A DNA stretch of 64,000 nucleotides from a virus (Duplodnaviria; Caudoviricetes). Made by a program: the position numbers and the translations under genes. Location: the IMG/VR virus record IMGVR_UViG_3300048802_000015, positions 1 through 64,000 of that record, one strand, 5' to 3'. Below are positions 52,366-60,737 of this stretch, piece after piece. Under the pieces are notes generated by a model. The model was not told the origin of the DNA, made no database searches, and worked only from the letters and a program-made list of their open reading frames with translations. Numbering within the stretch: position 1 is the first letter of the stretch; each line of letters begins with the position of its first letter.

Positions 52366-52614
52366 TCAGGCGCCGACCTCCTCTAGCTTCACCCCCTGCG
52401 CTCGCAGGGCCTTGATATCGTACCCGTGGCTGGAGATCGTCTTGCCCTTGGGCAGCGTGTAGTTGGAACCACCGCGGGCAATCTGCGCCGTCTCCTGCAC
52501 GAGGAACTTCTGCTCCTTGTTCGGGTCGCGAGCTGCGGGCGCACTGTGCCCCTGCTCGTCGTTTCGCGGCTGCTGATTGTTGCCTTGGTTCCGGTTCTGC
52601 TGCTCGTTCGCCAT
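52366..52614 (-). CDS. Small hypothetical head-module protein
   Basis: AAGGAG RBS; Gln/Asn-rich N-terminus. Confidence 0.6.
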   Translation of the reverse strand: MANEQQNRNQGNNQQPRNDEQGHSAPAARDPNKEQKFLVQETAQIARGGSNYTLPKGKTISSHGYDIKALRAQGVKLEEVGA

Positions 52615-52629
52615 GACGTTCTCCTTCAT

Positions 52630-52977
52630 TCCACGATGTGGAAAAGTAGACCAAAAGGGAGTCAGAGTGGGTCAGGACCAACGACCGAAGTCGAGGTCCT
52701 TACCATAGCGCTGACGCGGCTAGGAGCGTACACCACAAGACTACCCTTTTGGCGTCGCAAACATGAGCGGGTAGGGCCGAAGCCCGCCGTCAACGTGAGC
52801 GACAATGGCAGACCGAAGTCTGCCGCAAGGTCGGAACGAGTCCGACCAGTAATCGAAGGTCCGAAGACCGACGATATCAGTCCAACCGAAGTCGGACAGA
52901 ACTTGCGCACGTGTTCCCGGCGTGAAGCGCCGAAAGCCTGGTGTCGATTGGGCGAGACCATTGTGCTGCTCTGTAGC
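52630..52977 (-). ncRNA. Candidate large structured RNA downstream of an HNH gene
   Basis: Five cUUCGg-capped hairpins plus nested long-range helices; G-U pairs indicate the minus strand; no ORF. Confidence 0.75.
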
Positions 52978-53820
52978 CTATGCCCCGCTACAGGCCGCTG
53001 TCAAGTTCGACATAGCCACCTGCTCCGAAAGCCCACGAATGGCTACCGGGTCAAATACCCAGCGCGTACTACCGATCCTCTTGGCGTACTCGGCAAACTC
53101 TTCGATGGTCCTGGACTTCTTGCTTGAGTTGCAACGTCGGCAGGCCGGGGCGAGGTTGTCTACCGTATCCACACCGCCCCGAATTTTGGGAGTAAGGTGC
53201 TCGATTTCCAGCGTAATCGCATCTCCGGCGGATCCGCAGAAGACGCACTTCGACCCATAGGCCTCGACCAGTGTAAGCCATCCTCGAACCAGTACGGGAA
53301 TCTCCTGTAATTCGCGTTCACCATAGACCCGCCGTCCCAATCGCAGCATCTCGCGGATCCGGTAGGTTACGCGCTTGCGGTCGCGACGCATGTACTCCCG
53401 ATGCCGCTTCTTGGACTTCTCCGTAGCACGCCCGCGCTTACATGCCGCTCGATACTTCTCGGTCTTCTGGTAACGGTGCTGGGACTCAAGAAGACGGTCC
53501 GGATGTTCCGCTGCATAGCGTTTCCAGTGCGCCCGTGCCATTTCCTTTGCCTTCTCTGGGTTCTCTTTGGCCCATCTATCTAAACGAGCGCGCATCTTGC
53601 GCCGTCGTTCCGGGTTGGTCGCATAGTGCTTGTGGTCGGCGGCCTTCTTTTTCTCCGGGTTTTTCTTCTGCCATTCGACAGCAGCGATCTTCGCGCAGTC
53701 TTTACAGTAGGCCGCCCATCCGTGCGCGTTCCTGCTCTTTGAACGGTAGAAGGACTCGCCGAGAACCTTTTCTATCTTGCAACGAGCGCACCGTCGTTTG
53801 TCCGTGGGCTCTAGATCCAT
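52978..53820 (-). CDS. HNH endonuclease with N-terminal zinc finger and basic helical repeats
   Basis: CARC..CKDC; W..(K/E)NPEK repeats; CVFC..EIEHLTP..GG..NLAPACRRCNSSK. Confidence 0.85.
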   Translation of the reverse strand: MDLEPTDKRRCARCKIEKVLGESFYRSKSRNAHGWAAYCKDCAKIAAVEWQKKNPEKKKAADHKHYATNPERRRKMRARLDRWAKENPEKAKEMARAHWKRYAAEHPDRLLESQHRYQKTEKYRAACKRGRATEKSKKRHREYMRRDRKRVTYRIREMLRLGRRVYGERELQEIPVLVRGWLTLVEAYGSKCVFCGSAGDAITLEIEHLTPKIRGGVDTVDNLAPACRRCNSSKKSRTIEEFAEYAKRIGSTRWVFDPVAIRGLSEQVAMSNLTAACSGA

Positions 53821-53854
53821 GTGCATACAATAGCGCCTATAGCTGCCAACGAAC

Positions 53855-53887
53855 AAGAAAAAGCCCCGCCGAAACGGGGCCTTTCTT
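53855..53887 (-). terminator. Rho-independent terminator after the major capsid gene
   Basis: GCCCCG-TTTCGG-CGGGGC stem followed by TTTTTCTT. Confidence 0.85.
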
Positions 53888-53911
53888 AATTCTTTGACGG
53901 GTTGCTATGCG

Positions 53912-55276
53912 CTATGCGCCATGGACGCACACGGAGCTTCTTTTGAAGGCCGCCGGGCTGCTCGTGGCGGTCGCATCGGTCGGGATCGCCCAGTCGCCGG
54001 ACATCGACCAAGCGGCCGAGGTCGTCTGCTGGAGGCGGTCCAGAGGGGCGCGGAGGATGAGGCGGATCCGCTCGGTCATGATCTGCATGCCGCCGTTGAC
54101 GACCGAGAACTCCCCGATCTTGCCTTGCACGCCAGCTTCCGAGATGTACTTCGACTCGTCGAGGAACTTCTCCTCGATGGCGCCCTGGCCAGTGACGATC
54201 GGGCGGTGCAGAACCACGCCCGCCGGGTTCGTGGTCTCGAACGCCGTGGTGAAGCCGTCCAGCGGGTCTTCGATCACCGTCGCGACCGTGGGGCACTCGC
54301 TGTTGCGGTAGAAGGTCGCGCCCAGCAAGAACGCGATGGCGAACTTGCGGTAGTGGATGTAGTCGGGCATCGACTGGTTGAGCCGCTGGAACTCGTTGTC
54401 ACCGAAGATCTGCGACTGCGAGATCGGGTCGAGGTGATAGTGGTACGTCCCGTCCTCGTGGGTCGGCACGTTGTCGAATTGGAGCTGGGCGAGCTGGGCC
54501 CGGATGTCGGCCATCCGGAACTGATCGGTCGAGGCCACGTCGTCGACGCGGGTGCCGCCGCCCGAGTAGAGGATCTGCGAGCGGTTGACAGCCAGCACCG
54601 CCTGCCGGTCCAGGGTCGTCACGTTCGCGGTGAGGGTCAGGGTGCCGCTGTGGATCTCGTCGCCTGCGATGTCAGAGGTGAAGCCCGTGCAGGTGTACGC
54701 CACACCGTTGACCGTGATGGCGAGCGGGTTGGAAGCGCTGACGATGGTCGGCCGCCCGTTGAACAGCTTGCGAGTGAAGCCCGCAAGGTTCTTGACCGGC
54801 ATTGCCGTTCCGGGACCGTAGGCGCCGTTGGCGACCGTGTTCCCCGCGACGTAGCAGTTGTAGAGCTTGTCGCGCACGGTGCGGTTGATCGACTGGCCCG
54901 CGTGCACGCCGAGCTGGTGCATGTTGCGCAGGTACTGCGAGGCCAGCGTCACGTAGCTGGTGGGCATGTGGGTATCGATCGCGCGGCCAAACTGCTGCGC
55001 CGTCGCTTCCCACTGTTCGATCGGGTACTGCACCGTGGGCACTTCCTTGCTCGGGTCGAGCGGCCTCGTGGAAGGTTGGATCAGCCCCGCACGGGTGAAC
55101 GTCTGGTTCGCGCCCAAGTTCACCGGCCAGAGCTCCGCCACGGCTTCGAGCCGGAAGAGCAGGCGCGGGAACAGAGGGTCGCGGAAAGTCCGTTGCAGCG
55201 TTCGGTCCTGGATGGCCGAGACGACGCCAGCGTTGAAACTGGTGTTGACGATTGAACCGTCGGGGAAGTTTGCCAT
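53912..55276 (-). CDS. Major capsid protein
   Basis: 454 aa after the scaffold; very high GC3; QLAQLQFDNVPTHEDGTYHYHLDP; strong RBS and a terminator. Confidence 0.85.
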   Translation of the reverse strand: MANFPDGSIVNTSFNAGVVSAIQDRTLQRTFRDPLFPRLLFRLEAVAELWPVNLGANQTFTRAGLIQPSTRPLDPSKEVPTVQYPIEQWEATAQQFGRAIDTHMPTSYVTLASQYLRNMHQLGVHAGQSINRTVRDKLYNCYVAGNTVANGAYGPGTAMPVKNLAGFTRKLFNGRPTIVSASNPLAITVNGVAYTCTGFTSDIAGDEIHSGTLTLTANVTTLDRQAVLAVNRSQILYSGGGTRVDDVASTDQFRMADIRAQLAQLQFDNVPTHEDGTYHYHLDPISQSQIFGDNEFQRLNQSMPDYIHYRKFAIAFLLGATFYRNSECPTVATVIEDPLDGFTTAFETTNPAGVVLHRPIVTGQGAIEEKFLDESKYISEAGVQGKIGEFSVVNGGMQIMTERIRLILRAPLDRLQQTTSAAWSMSGDWAIPTDATATSSPAAFKRSSVCVHGA

Positions 55277-55399
55277 GGGTCAACTCCTATTACGTTGGGG
55301 CGAGCGCACGATCAAAGGGATCTCACGAATCGACGCATCCGTCAACTGGACCCCTCGGCGCGCTCGTTCCAACCGGGGGATCAAATCCGAAACCTTTCG

Positions 55400-56224
55400 C
55401 TACATCCCAGGTACATAGCCGTGGCTCCTTTGCCGTGCGGCGAACTCCTGGGGACTATCTTGCTCTGCGTGCTTCTCCGCTACCGGTTCGCCAGCAGTGG
55501 CGGCCTTGGGCTTCACTTCGCCGGTAGCCTGCGACTCGGGCGGCGTCGTAGTGGGTGCTACGACTACCTTGGGCGGAGCTGGCGCCGGGGCGGCGGCAAC
55601 GAAAAGATGTGCGTGCGTTGCCTTCAGCCCGGCAAAGAACGTCTCGGGCTGCAACGTGCCGTCCTTGCCCACGGCACGCGCGAACAGCGTGATCGCGTAG
55701 TCTGGATCTGTGATGCCGGCCATCCGCGCATCGGCCCGGAGTTCTGCCTCCACGCGGGCGTCGTTGGAGTTGCGCAGCTTCTTCTCGAAGTGCTTGATCT
55801 TCTGCGCACTCTCACGTGTCATGCGCTCGTTGTTCTTCTTGAGCTTGTCATTCTCACGACGTAGCTCAGTCAGAGCTTGGGTTGCTGTGTTGGTTGCCGA
55901 TGACTGCCCGCCGCCAGCAGGAACAACGCCTTTTGACTTGATGAACTCCGTCGCTTCCTCCAGGCTCATTCCGGTCTGTTTCTTGAGCAGCCTCGCAGCT
56001 TCCATACGGACACGGTTGATGAAGGCGGCCTCCGGTATATTAACCCCTTCAACATTTGTCCATCCCTTACGTCGGCCTGACTGATGCGGTCTTGGTTTGG
56101 GTGGAGTTGCATTCGTTCCCCTCGGCCTTGGAGCCGGCGGCGCGGCGGGCGCAGCCACAACGGGAGGTGCAGCCGCTTGAGCGGAAGCATTGGGATCTGT
56201 CGTAAGGGGAAGTTGGTCAGCCAT
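55400..56224 (-). CDS. Capsid scaffolding protein
   Basis: Pro-rich ends and a central coiled coil; directly upstream of the capsid gene. Confidence 0.7.
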   Translation of the reverse strand: MADQLPLTTDPNASAQAAAPPVVAAPAAPPAPRPRGTNATPPKPRPHQSGRRKGWTNVEGVNIPEAAFINRVRMEAARLLKKQTGMSLEEATEFIKSKGVVPAGGGQSSATNTATQALTELRRENDKLKKNNERMTRESAQKIKHFEKKLRNSNDARVEAELRADARMAGITDPDYAITLFARAVGKDGTLQPETFFAGLKATHAHLFVAAAPAPAPPKVVVAPTTTPPESQATGEVKPKAATAGEPVAEKHAEQDSPQEFAARQRSHGYVPGM

Positions 56225-56317
56225 GGTGTCTCCTATACTCGCCGATATCCCGCTCGGTGGCAGCGTGCGGAGGTTCCGAATGGTTTAGATGTTTTGGAAG
56301 AATGGAAAGATGACGAA

Positions 56318-56752
56318 CTACAGCGTGGACTGACCGGAAGGAAGATCGGCCAGCAAGCTCGAAGCGAGATCGGTTGCCACCGCGTAGGTGAAGCTGGCGG
56401 TGAGCGCGAGGTCGGCGGCGGCGAAGAGAACTTTCTTGCCACCATCCCAGATGCACTCGCCAGCCGCAGGAACCAGCGCGCCCGATCCGCTGACCGGGCC
56501 CCGACGCAGCTTCTTGACACCGGTTGCCGAGCCGCCCGAGACGGTCGCCACCACGCACTGGAAGAGGCCAGCCGAGGTCGGGGGGTTTGCGAGCGTCGAG
56601 ACGTTCGACGTCACGGCAATGCCGGTCTCGGTGTAGCCCATCTTTGAAGCCGCGTAGGCGAGCAAGGTGCCGAGCCCGAGCTTCTCAGCGGCATCGCCGA
56701 GCTGGTTGATGTTGCCGGAATCGAGGACTGCTTGGATGGAAGAGGAAGACAT
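56318..56752 (-). CDS. Head-module structural protein
   Basis: Position and small-residue composition. Confidence 0.55.
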   Translation of the reverse strand: MSSSSIQAVLDSGNINQLGDAAEKLGLGTLLAYAASKMGYTETGIAVTSNVSTLANPPTSAGLFQCVVATVSGGSATGVKKLRRGPVSGSGALVPAAGECIWDGGKKVLFAAADLALTASFTYAVATDLASSLLADLPSGQSTL

Positions 56753-56768
56753 GGGGAACCTCCAGAGA

Positions 56769-57164
56769 TCAGGAAACGTCGCCAGCGATCAAAAGTTCGA
56801 TGTCCGCGGTGCCGACGAGTTTGATCGCAGTGATCTCGTCGCCCGAGTTGGGAGAATGCCAAAGCAACATCGAACTGGTCTTGAGGGCCTGGTCGGTGCC
56901 GGATGGACTGGTGAGAAGAGCCTTGATGGACGAGCCGTTGATGACCCGCATACCAATGAATCGCGCCTTGGTAACCGAGCCGAACGCCACCGAGAAAGGA
57001 ACCAAATCTGTGGCCCCAACAACGCTCAAGCGGCTGGACTGCGAGGCCGAATACGTCCCGTTGAAGGACGTGTTCATCATGTCGGACAGCGAAGGCCCAC
57101 CGGGAACGGCCAAGGGCTGGCCCGTCACGGCCCCGCTGTGCCATATGGTGACCGACTGGGCCAT
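56769..57164 (-). CDS. Head-module structural protein
   Basis: Position; TAATG-coupled to the upstream ORF. Confidence 0.6.
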   Translation of the reverse strand: MAQSVTIWHSGAVTGQPLAVPGGPSLSDMMNTSFNGTYSASQSSRLSVVGATDLVPFSVAFGSVTKARFIGMRVINGSSIKALLTSPSGTDQALKTSSMLLWHSPNSGDEITAIKLVGTADIELLIAGDVS

Positions 57165-57340
57165 TAGACGGACTTCAGGCCGCTACCGGCGAGCGGGGTC
57201 TCTCGAACAGGATTGAGCTTGGTCCCCCATGCATCAGCTTCGCTGATCTTGGGCGGGCCGTTGTCGGGCGCGCCATGCGTCCGGTCGTAGTCGTCCAGGG
57301 GATCCTTCGGTTCGCCTTTTCCAGATTCTTCGGTGGCCAT
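57164..57340 (-). CDS. 58-aa peptide (not in the ORF track)
   Basis: MATEESGKGEPKDPLDDYDRTHGAPDNGPPKISEADAWGTKLNPVRETPLAGSGLKSV; GGAGG RBS. Confidence 0.6.
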   Translation of the reverse strand: MATEESGKGEPKDPLDDYDRTHGAPDNGPPKISEADAWGTKLNPVRETPLAGSGLKSV

Positions 57341-57371
57341 GGTGCCCTCCGTTGCTGTTGATCTTGCGCCG

Positions 57372-57758
57372 CTAAACCGCTTCGGGTTCGGGCGTGTCGC
57401 CTTCGTCCTCGTCGTCTTCTTCCGCTTCGCCCGCCGCCTCTTCCAGCTCCTTCGCCAGTTCGGTCGCTTCCTGCTGGGCTACGGTCAGATCGTCGATGAG
57501 CTTCTGCACAGCATCGGCATCCTCGACTTGCCCCTTGGCCTTTTCGAGCATCTCGATGGCCTCGGTAACTTCTTGGGCGGCGTGGCTCACGCACTCGTGC
57601 GCGGGCGGAGGCGCCTCGCCCTCGACCTGGTTCTCGCCAGTGTCGTTCTCGCCCGGCTGCTGTTCGCCGCCTTGGGGCTGCGCGCCCTGGCCGGGCTTCC
57701 CAGACTTGCCGGCCTTGCGGGCGGCCCAATCACCATAGTCGTGCTGAAGGTCGGCCAT
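57372..57758 (-). CDS. Acidic hypothetical protein
   Basis: Glu/Asp-rich with high GC3. Confidence 0.65.
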   Translation of the reverse strand: MADLQHDYGDWAARKAGKSGKPGQGAQPQGGEQQPGENDTGENQVEGEAPPPAHECVSHAAQEVTEAIEMLEKAKGQVEDADAVQKLIDDLTVAQQEATELAKELEEAAGEAEEDDEDEGDTPEPEAV

Positions 57759-57761
57759 GTA

Positions 57762-57953
57762 TCACCTTTTGAGGTTGCGAGCCGGCGCAGCGGGCGTCGG
57801 CGGGTTGACGGGATTCGCGGCGTAGTCGGGCGCGGGCCGCTTGCCAGCGTCGGCAGTCGGGCAGCCGGCCTCGGCGTCGTAGCCCTGCTCACCGTCGGCA
57901 AAGAGGGAAGACTCGTTGACCTTGAGAGCAATTTCGCGGGGTGTTGGCATCAA
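57762..57953 (-). CDS. Small Pro-rich peptide
   Basis: Resembles 57164-57340. Confidence 0.55.
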   Translation of the reverse strand: MMPTPREIALKVNESSLFADGEQGYDAEAGCPTADAGKRPAPDYAANPVNPPTPAAPARNLKR

Positions 57954-58168
57954 CGGCCTCCCTTCAAATTCGCGGAGCTGTGGCGGTTCTTCACTACCGA
58001 ACCGCTATCGGTCGGGTCGTCGTCGAGCCCACCGCTGGCGATGCGCGCCTCGCGCAGGTAGTTGGCATCGCCGGGCTGGCGCACTTCGCGCTCGATTTCT
58101 GTAGGCGTCTCGGCGTTCACCGAAGGGTGAAGTCGTCCAGACTCTTTTCCGGCCACCATGGTGAACAT
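57950..58168 (-). CDS. Small hypothetical peptide
   Basis: Overlaps the next gene by 4 nt. Confidence 0.45.
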   Translation of the reverse strand: MFTMVAGKESGRLHPSVNAETPTEIEREVRQPGDANYLREARIASGGLDDDPTDSGSVVKNRHSSANLKGGR

Positions 58169-58246
58169 CCTGTCACGGGTTTGCCGGCTCCGTCAAATGC
58201 CAATTCGTCGAGCGTGCTAAGCTGCATCCCGAAAGCAGGTGCCCTC

Positions 58247-58432
58247 ATGTCGATCGTAGGTTTGGTCTTGGTGTTGATTCTCGTCGGTGTTGTCCTTGCC
58301 TACGTTCCCATGGATGGCAGGATACGGACAATCATCATCGTGGTGTTGGCCCTCGTGACCGTCGGCTGGCTGATGAACTGGTTCGGACTCTGGGGTTATC
58401 TGCAGGCCGGGCCGGGGCACCGGATTCGGTAA
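58247..58432 (+). CDS. Small two-TM membrane protein (Thivi_2564-like), antisense to the operon
   Basis: LVLVLILVGVVLAYVPMDGRIRTIIIVVLALVTVGWL. Confidence 0.65.
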   Translation: MSIVGLVLVLILVGVVLAYVPMDGRIRTIIIVVLALVTVGWLMNWFGLWGYLQAGPGHRIR

Positions 58433-58433
58433 C

Positions 58434-59342
58434 CTACAGCCCGCGCGGCATTGTCGGGTCGACCGGGCCGGGGTGCGCGGGGGCGCCGTGATAGTCTTGA
58501 CGCCATGGCACGATGCAGCTTCTGTCGTTCGGGCGATTGGGGCCGTGCATCATCTCGACTCGTTCCACCCCGTGCGCCGTCTTTTTCATCCAAACAAAGG
58601 GGGCATCCCACGCGACGGTTTGCCCCTGCAATTCCTTTGAATCTTCACCGGTGCGGGCATCCATCGTCTCGACCCACTTTTTCATCAGGCCAGGAACCTG
58701 CGGGGCAACCTCGGCGAGCGCGCGCTGGTTCGTGACTCCATAGGCCCACGCGCCTTCCGAACGGACAATCCGTTCTGCGCGCCACTTCTCGCGGTCGAAA
58801 AGCCCGCCCTTCGCGGCGATGCGATTCACGGTCTGGTCGACGCCCTCGCCTTTGATCATGGACAACGCGAGCTGGTTCCTCACCCGTTCGAGCGTGGGCA
58901 TCGGGTAGTTCGCGGTCAGCTTGTGGTAGCGGTGCAATAGCGTGGGCTCGACATCCCGGTACACCTTCGCGAACACGCCGGCCTCTTCGAGCCGCAGCAC
59001 GGGCTCGGTCCCAGCGAAGCGTTTCTCGAACGCTTTGATGGCGCCGACGACGTGCCGCTGGGCAAGGGTCGCAGTCGCCAGGCCGTTGTTGTCCAGCTCG
59101 GTGGCGAGGCCCGTCTGAAAGACCTTCAGGCCGTCGCGCACCTGCAGCAGCACCAGGCGCAGGTGGAACGCCGTGAAGGACTGGTCCTTGCCGCCTCGGC
59201 GCAGGTCTGCCAGTTCGGCTTCGAGCTCGGACCGCACGGTCTCGTAGAGGGACCGCACCTTGCGGATGCCGCCCAGCTCGATCACCCCTTGAAGTTGGGC
59301 GCGGTGCAGATTGATCACCTTTGCGACGATGGAGGACGGCAC
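58434..59342 (-). CDS. Head morphogenesis / minor capsid protein (SPP1 gp7 / Mu F-like)
   Basis: RAERIVRSE..KKWVETMDART..HGPNRPNDRSC. Confidence 0.8.
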   Translation of the reverse strand: MPSSIVAKVINLHRAQLQGVIELGGIRKVRSLYETVRSELEAELADLRRGGKDQSFTAFHLRLVLLQVRDGLKVFQTGLATELDNNGLATATLAQRHVVGAIKAFEKRFAGTEPVLRLEEAGVFAKVYRDVEPTLLHRYHKLTANYPMPTLERVRNQLALSMIKGEGVDQTVNRIAAKGGLFDREKWRAERIVRSEGAWAYGVTNQRALAEVAPQVPGLMKKWVETMDARTGEDSKELQGQTVAWDAPFVWMKKTAHGVERVEMMHGPNRPNDRSCIVPWRQDYHGAPAHPGPVDPTMPRGL

Positions 59343-59345
59343 CGG

Positions 59346-59810
59346 CTACTCGTCTTTCTTGCCGGTCCCTCGCATGGGCGGCGGCGTCTTGCCGTTCTCG
59401 ATGGCCCGCTCACGTTCGTGCACTTCGTCATGGCACGCGGCGCAGATCGCGTGAAGAGCCTTGGGATCATTGACGTGACCAAGCGCAATCCCTTGCTTCA
59501 GATCCTTCCGGTTCTTCGCCTCCGGATCCTTTGCGATCTCCTTGGGGTGCCCAGAGATGTGGTCCAACGTCAAATCCTTCTGGGGTGTCGGGCAATGTTC
59601 GTTACTGCAGCGCCAGTGATCGCGCCTGAACACGGTCAAGGCGATTCTGGGATCAACCCCACCTTTCCCATCCTTCTCCAACGTGGTTCCGTGTTCCTTG
59701 GCCTCCCGCTGTATCGTTGCCACCACGTCGGCGTCCGACATCGCCTTGCCGGCGGCGCGACGTCCTGCCTTGATCTTGCGGCGGGCCCAGCCTTCTAGTT
59801 TGCGTGCCAT
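59346..59810 (-). CDS. HNH endonuclease (head-module associated)
   Basis: VFRRDHWRC..LTLDH..LHAICAACHDEVH. Confidence 0.75.
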   Translation of the reverse strand: MARKLEGWARRKIKAGRRAAGKAMSDADVVATIQREAKEHGTTLEKDGKGGVDPRIALTVFRRDHWRCSNEHCPTPQKDLTLDHISGHPKEIAKDPEAKNRKDLKQGIALGHVNDPKALHAICAACHDEVHERERAIENGKTPPPMRGTGKKDE

Positions 59811-60349
59811 CAGCCTGCTCCCTTCAAGGGCACGGACCCGCGGGCCAGCACGGCGCCCTCAGGGAATGCCCGCATTGGCTGGCCGTCCTGGGACATCGCG
59901 AACTCGCTGGTCTGCCCGCACTCCTGCAGAGTCAGTGGATTGGGATTTCCCGCCATGGCGTCGTAGCCGCCGTTGTCCGGCACCAGGTCGGGCAGATTCG
60001 CCAGCAGTTCCGCGTATGGGTCTTTGTCCGCCGGCTTGACCAGCACGCAGGTCTCGACTCGCGCGGTGGCGTAGCCGGGCGGAAACTGGCTGGTGACCGG
60101 CTGTCCAACGAACGGCCGCAGGCCCGATGGCTGGCGCGGCGGCGGCACGAAGGCGGACTGCGCGGGAGCGGACTGCTGCCCACCGAGCGGCACGAGGATG
60201 TAGCCGCCGTTGTGCAGCCCCCACGCGTATCCGGGAGGCGGAACCGGCAAGGTCGGCGCGGCGGCCTGCTGCTGGGGCTGGCGCGGTTCTTCTGGCTGTC
60301 TCTGGCCGCGCCCTGTGCGTCGCTGCGCCCAGTTTGAAAAGTCAGCCAT
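59810..60349 (-). CDS. Pro/Gln-rich hypothetical protein
   Basis: Coupled ORF in the head operon. Confidence 0.55.
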   Translation of the reverse strand: MADFSNWAQRRTGRGQRQPEEPRQPQQQAAAPTLPVPPPGYAWGLHNGGYILVPLGGQQSAPAQSAFVPPPRQPSGLRPFVGQPVTSQFPPGYATARVETCVLVKPADKDPYAELLANLPDLVPDNGGYDAMAGNPNPLTLQECGQTSEFAMSQDGQPMRAFPEGAVLARGSVPLKGAG

Positions 60350-60737
60350 TGGTCCCTCCGAATTGCCGTTTTAAGATCGCCCAGTCGGGTGGCAGTGCCA
60401 AATCGTCGATGAAGGCATCGACAAGCGGCTTGCCCGGACTTGTCCACACATCGTCGAAAAGTTCCCAAAGCCCGACCGACTTCAGGAACGCCCGCATCTC
60501 GTCGAAGAGATCCCATTGGAACCGGGTACGGGCCGGAACCTCGCCGTATTGCCAGAAGCGCCCGGCTTCATCTTCCAGCACCGGTGCGGCGCCGTCAGGG
60601 GTGGAGCGCGCCGAGTGAAGAGTCAGGTGATGGCCTACCGCCTTGAACGCGCGCAAGGCATCGGCCGCACCAGCACGGAGGCGAAGCGGCGGGCCTTCTA
60701 CCAGCGTCTTGTCCAGATCGATCGCGATGCGCAGCAC
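60342..60737 (-). CDS. HAD-superfamily phosphatase-like protein
   Basis: IAIDLDKTL (DxDxT), HSAR, GKP..AFIDD. Confidence 0.75.
   Translation of the reverse strand: MLRIAIDLDKTLVEGPPLRLRAGAADALRAFKAVGHHLTLHSARSTPDGAAPVLEDEAGRFWQYGEVPARTRFQWDLFDEMRAFLKSVGLWELFDDVWTSPGKPLVDAFIDDLALPPDWAILKRQFGGTNG

Noticed and set aside
52736-52883. Group I intron R/S-like words (AAGACTAC and GATATCAGTCC) on the plus strand
   Set aside because: Tetraloops and G-U pairs show the structure is on the minus strand. No P3/P4/P6 core or interrupted exon pair could be identified, and a terminator separates the locus from the capsid gene.
55860-56330. AT-richer patch in the scaffold 5' half as a foreign insertion
   Set aside because: The reading frame is continuous, with no boundaries, repeats or adjacent mobile gene. 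Noted only as compositional heterogeneity.
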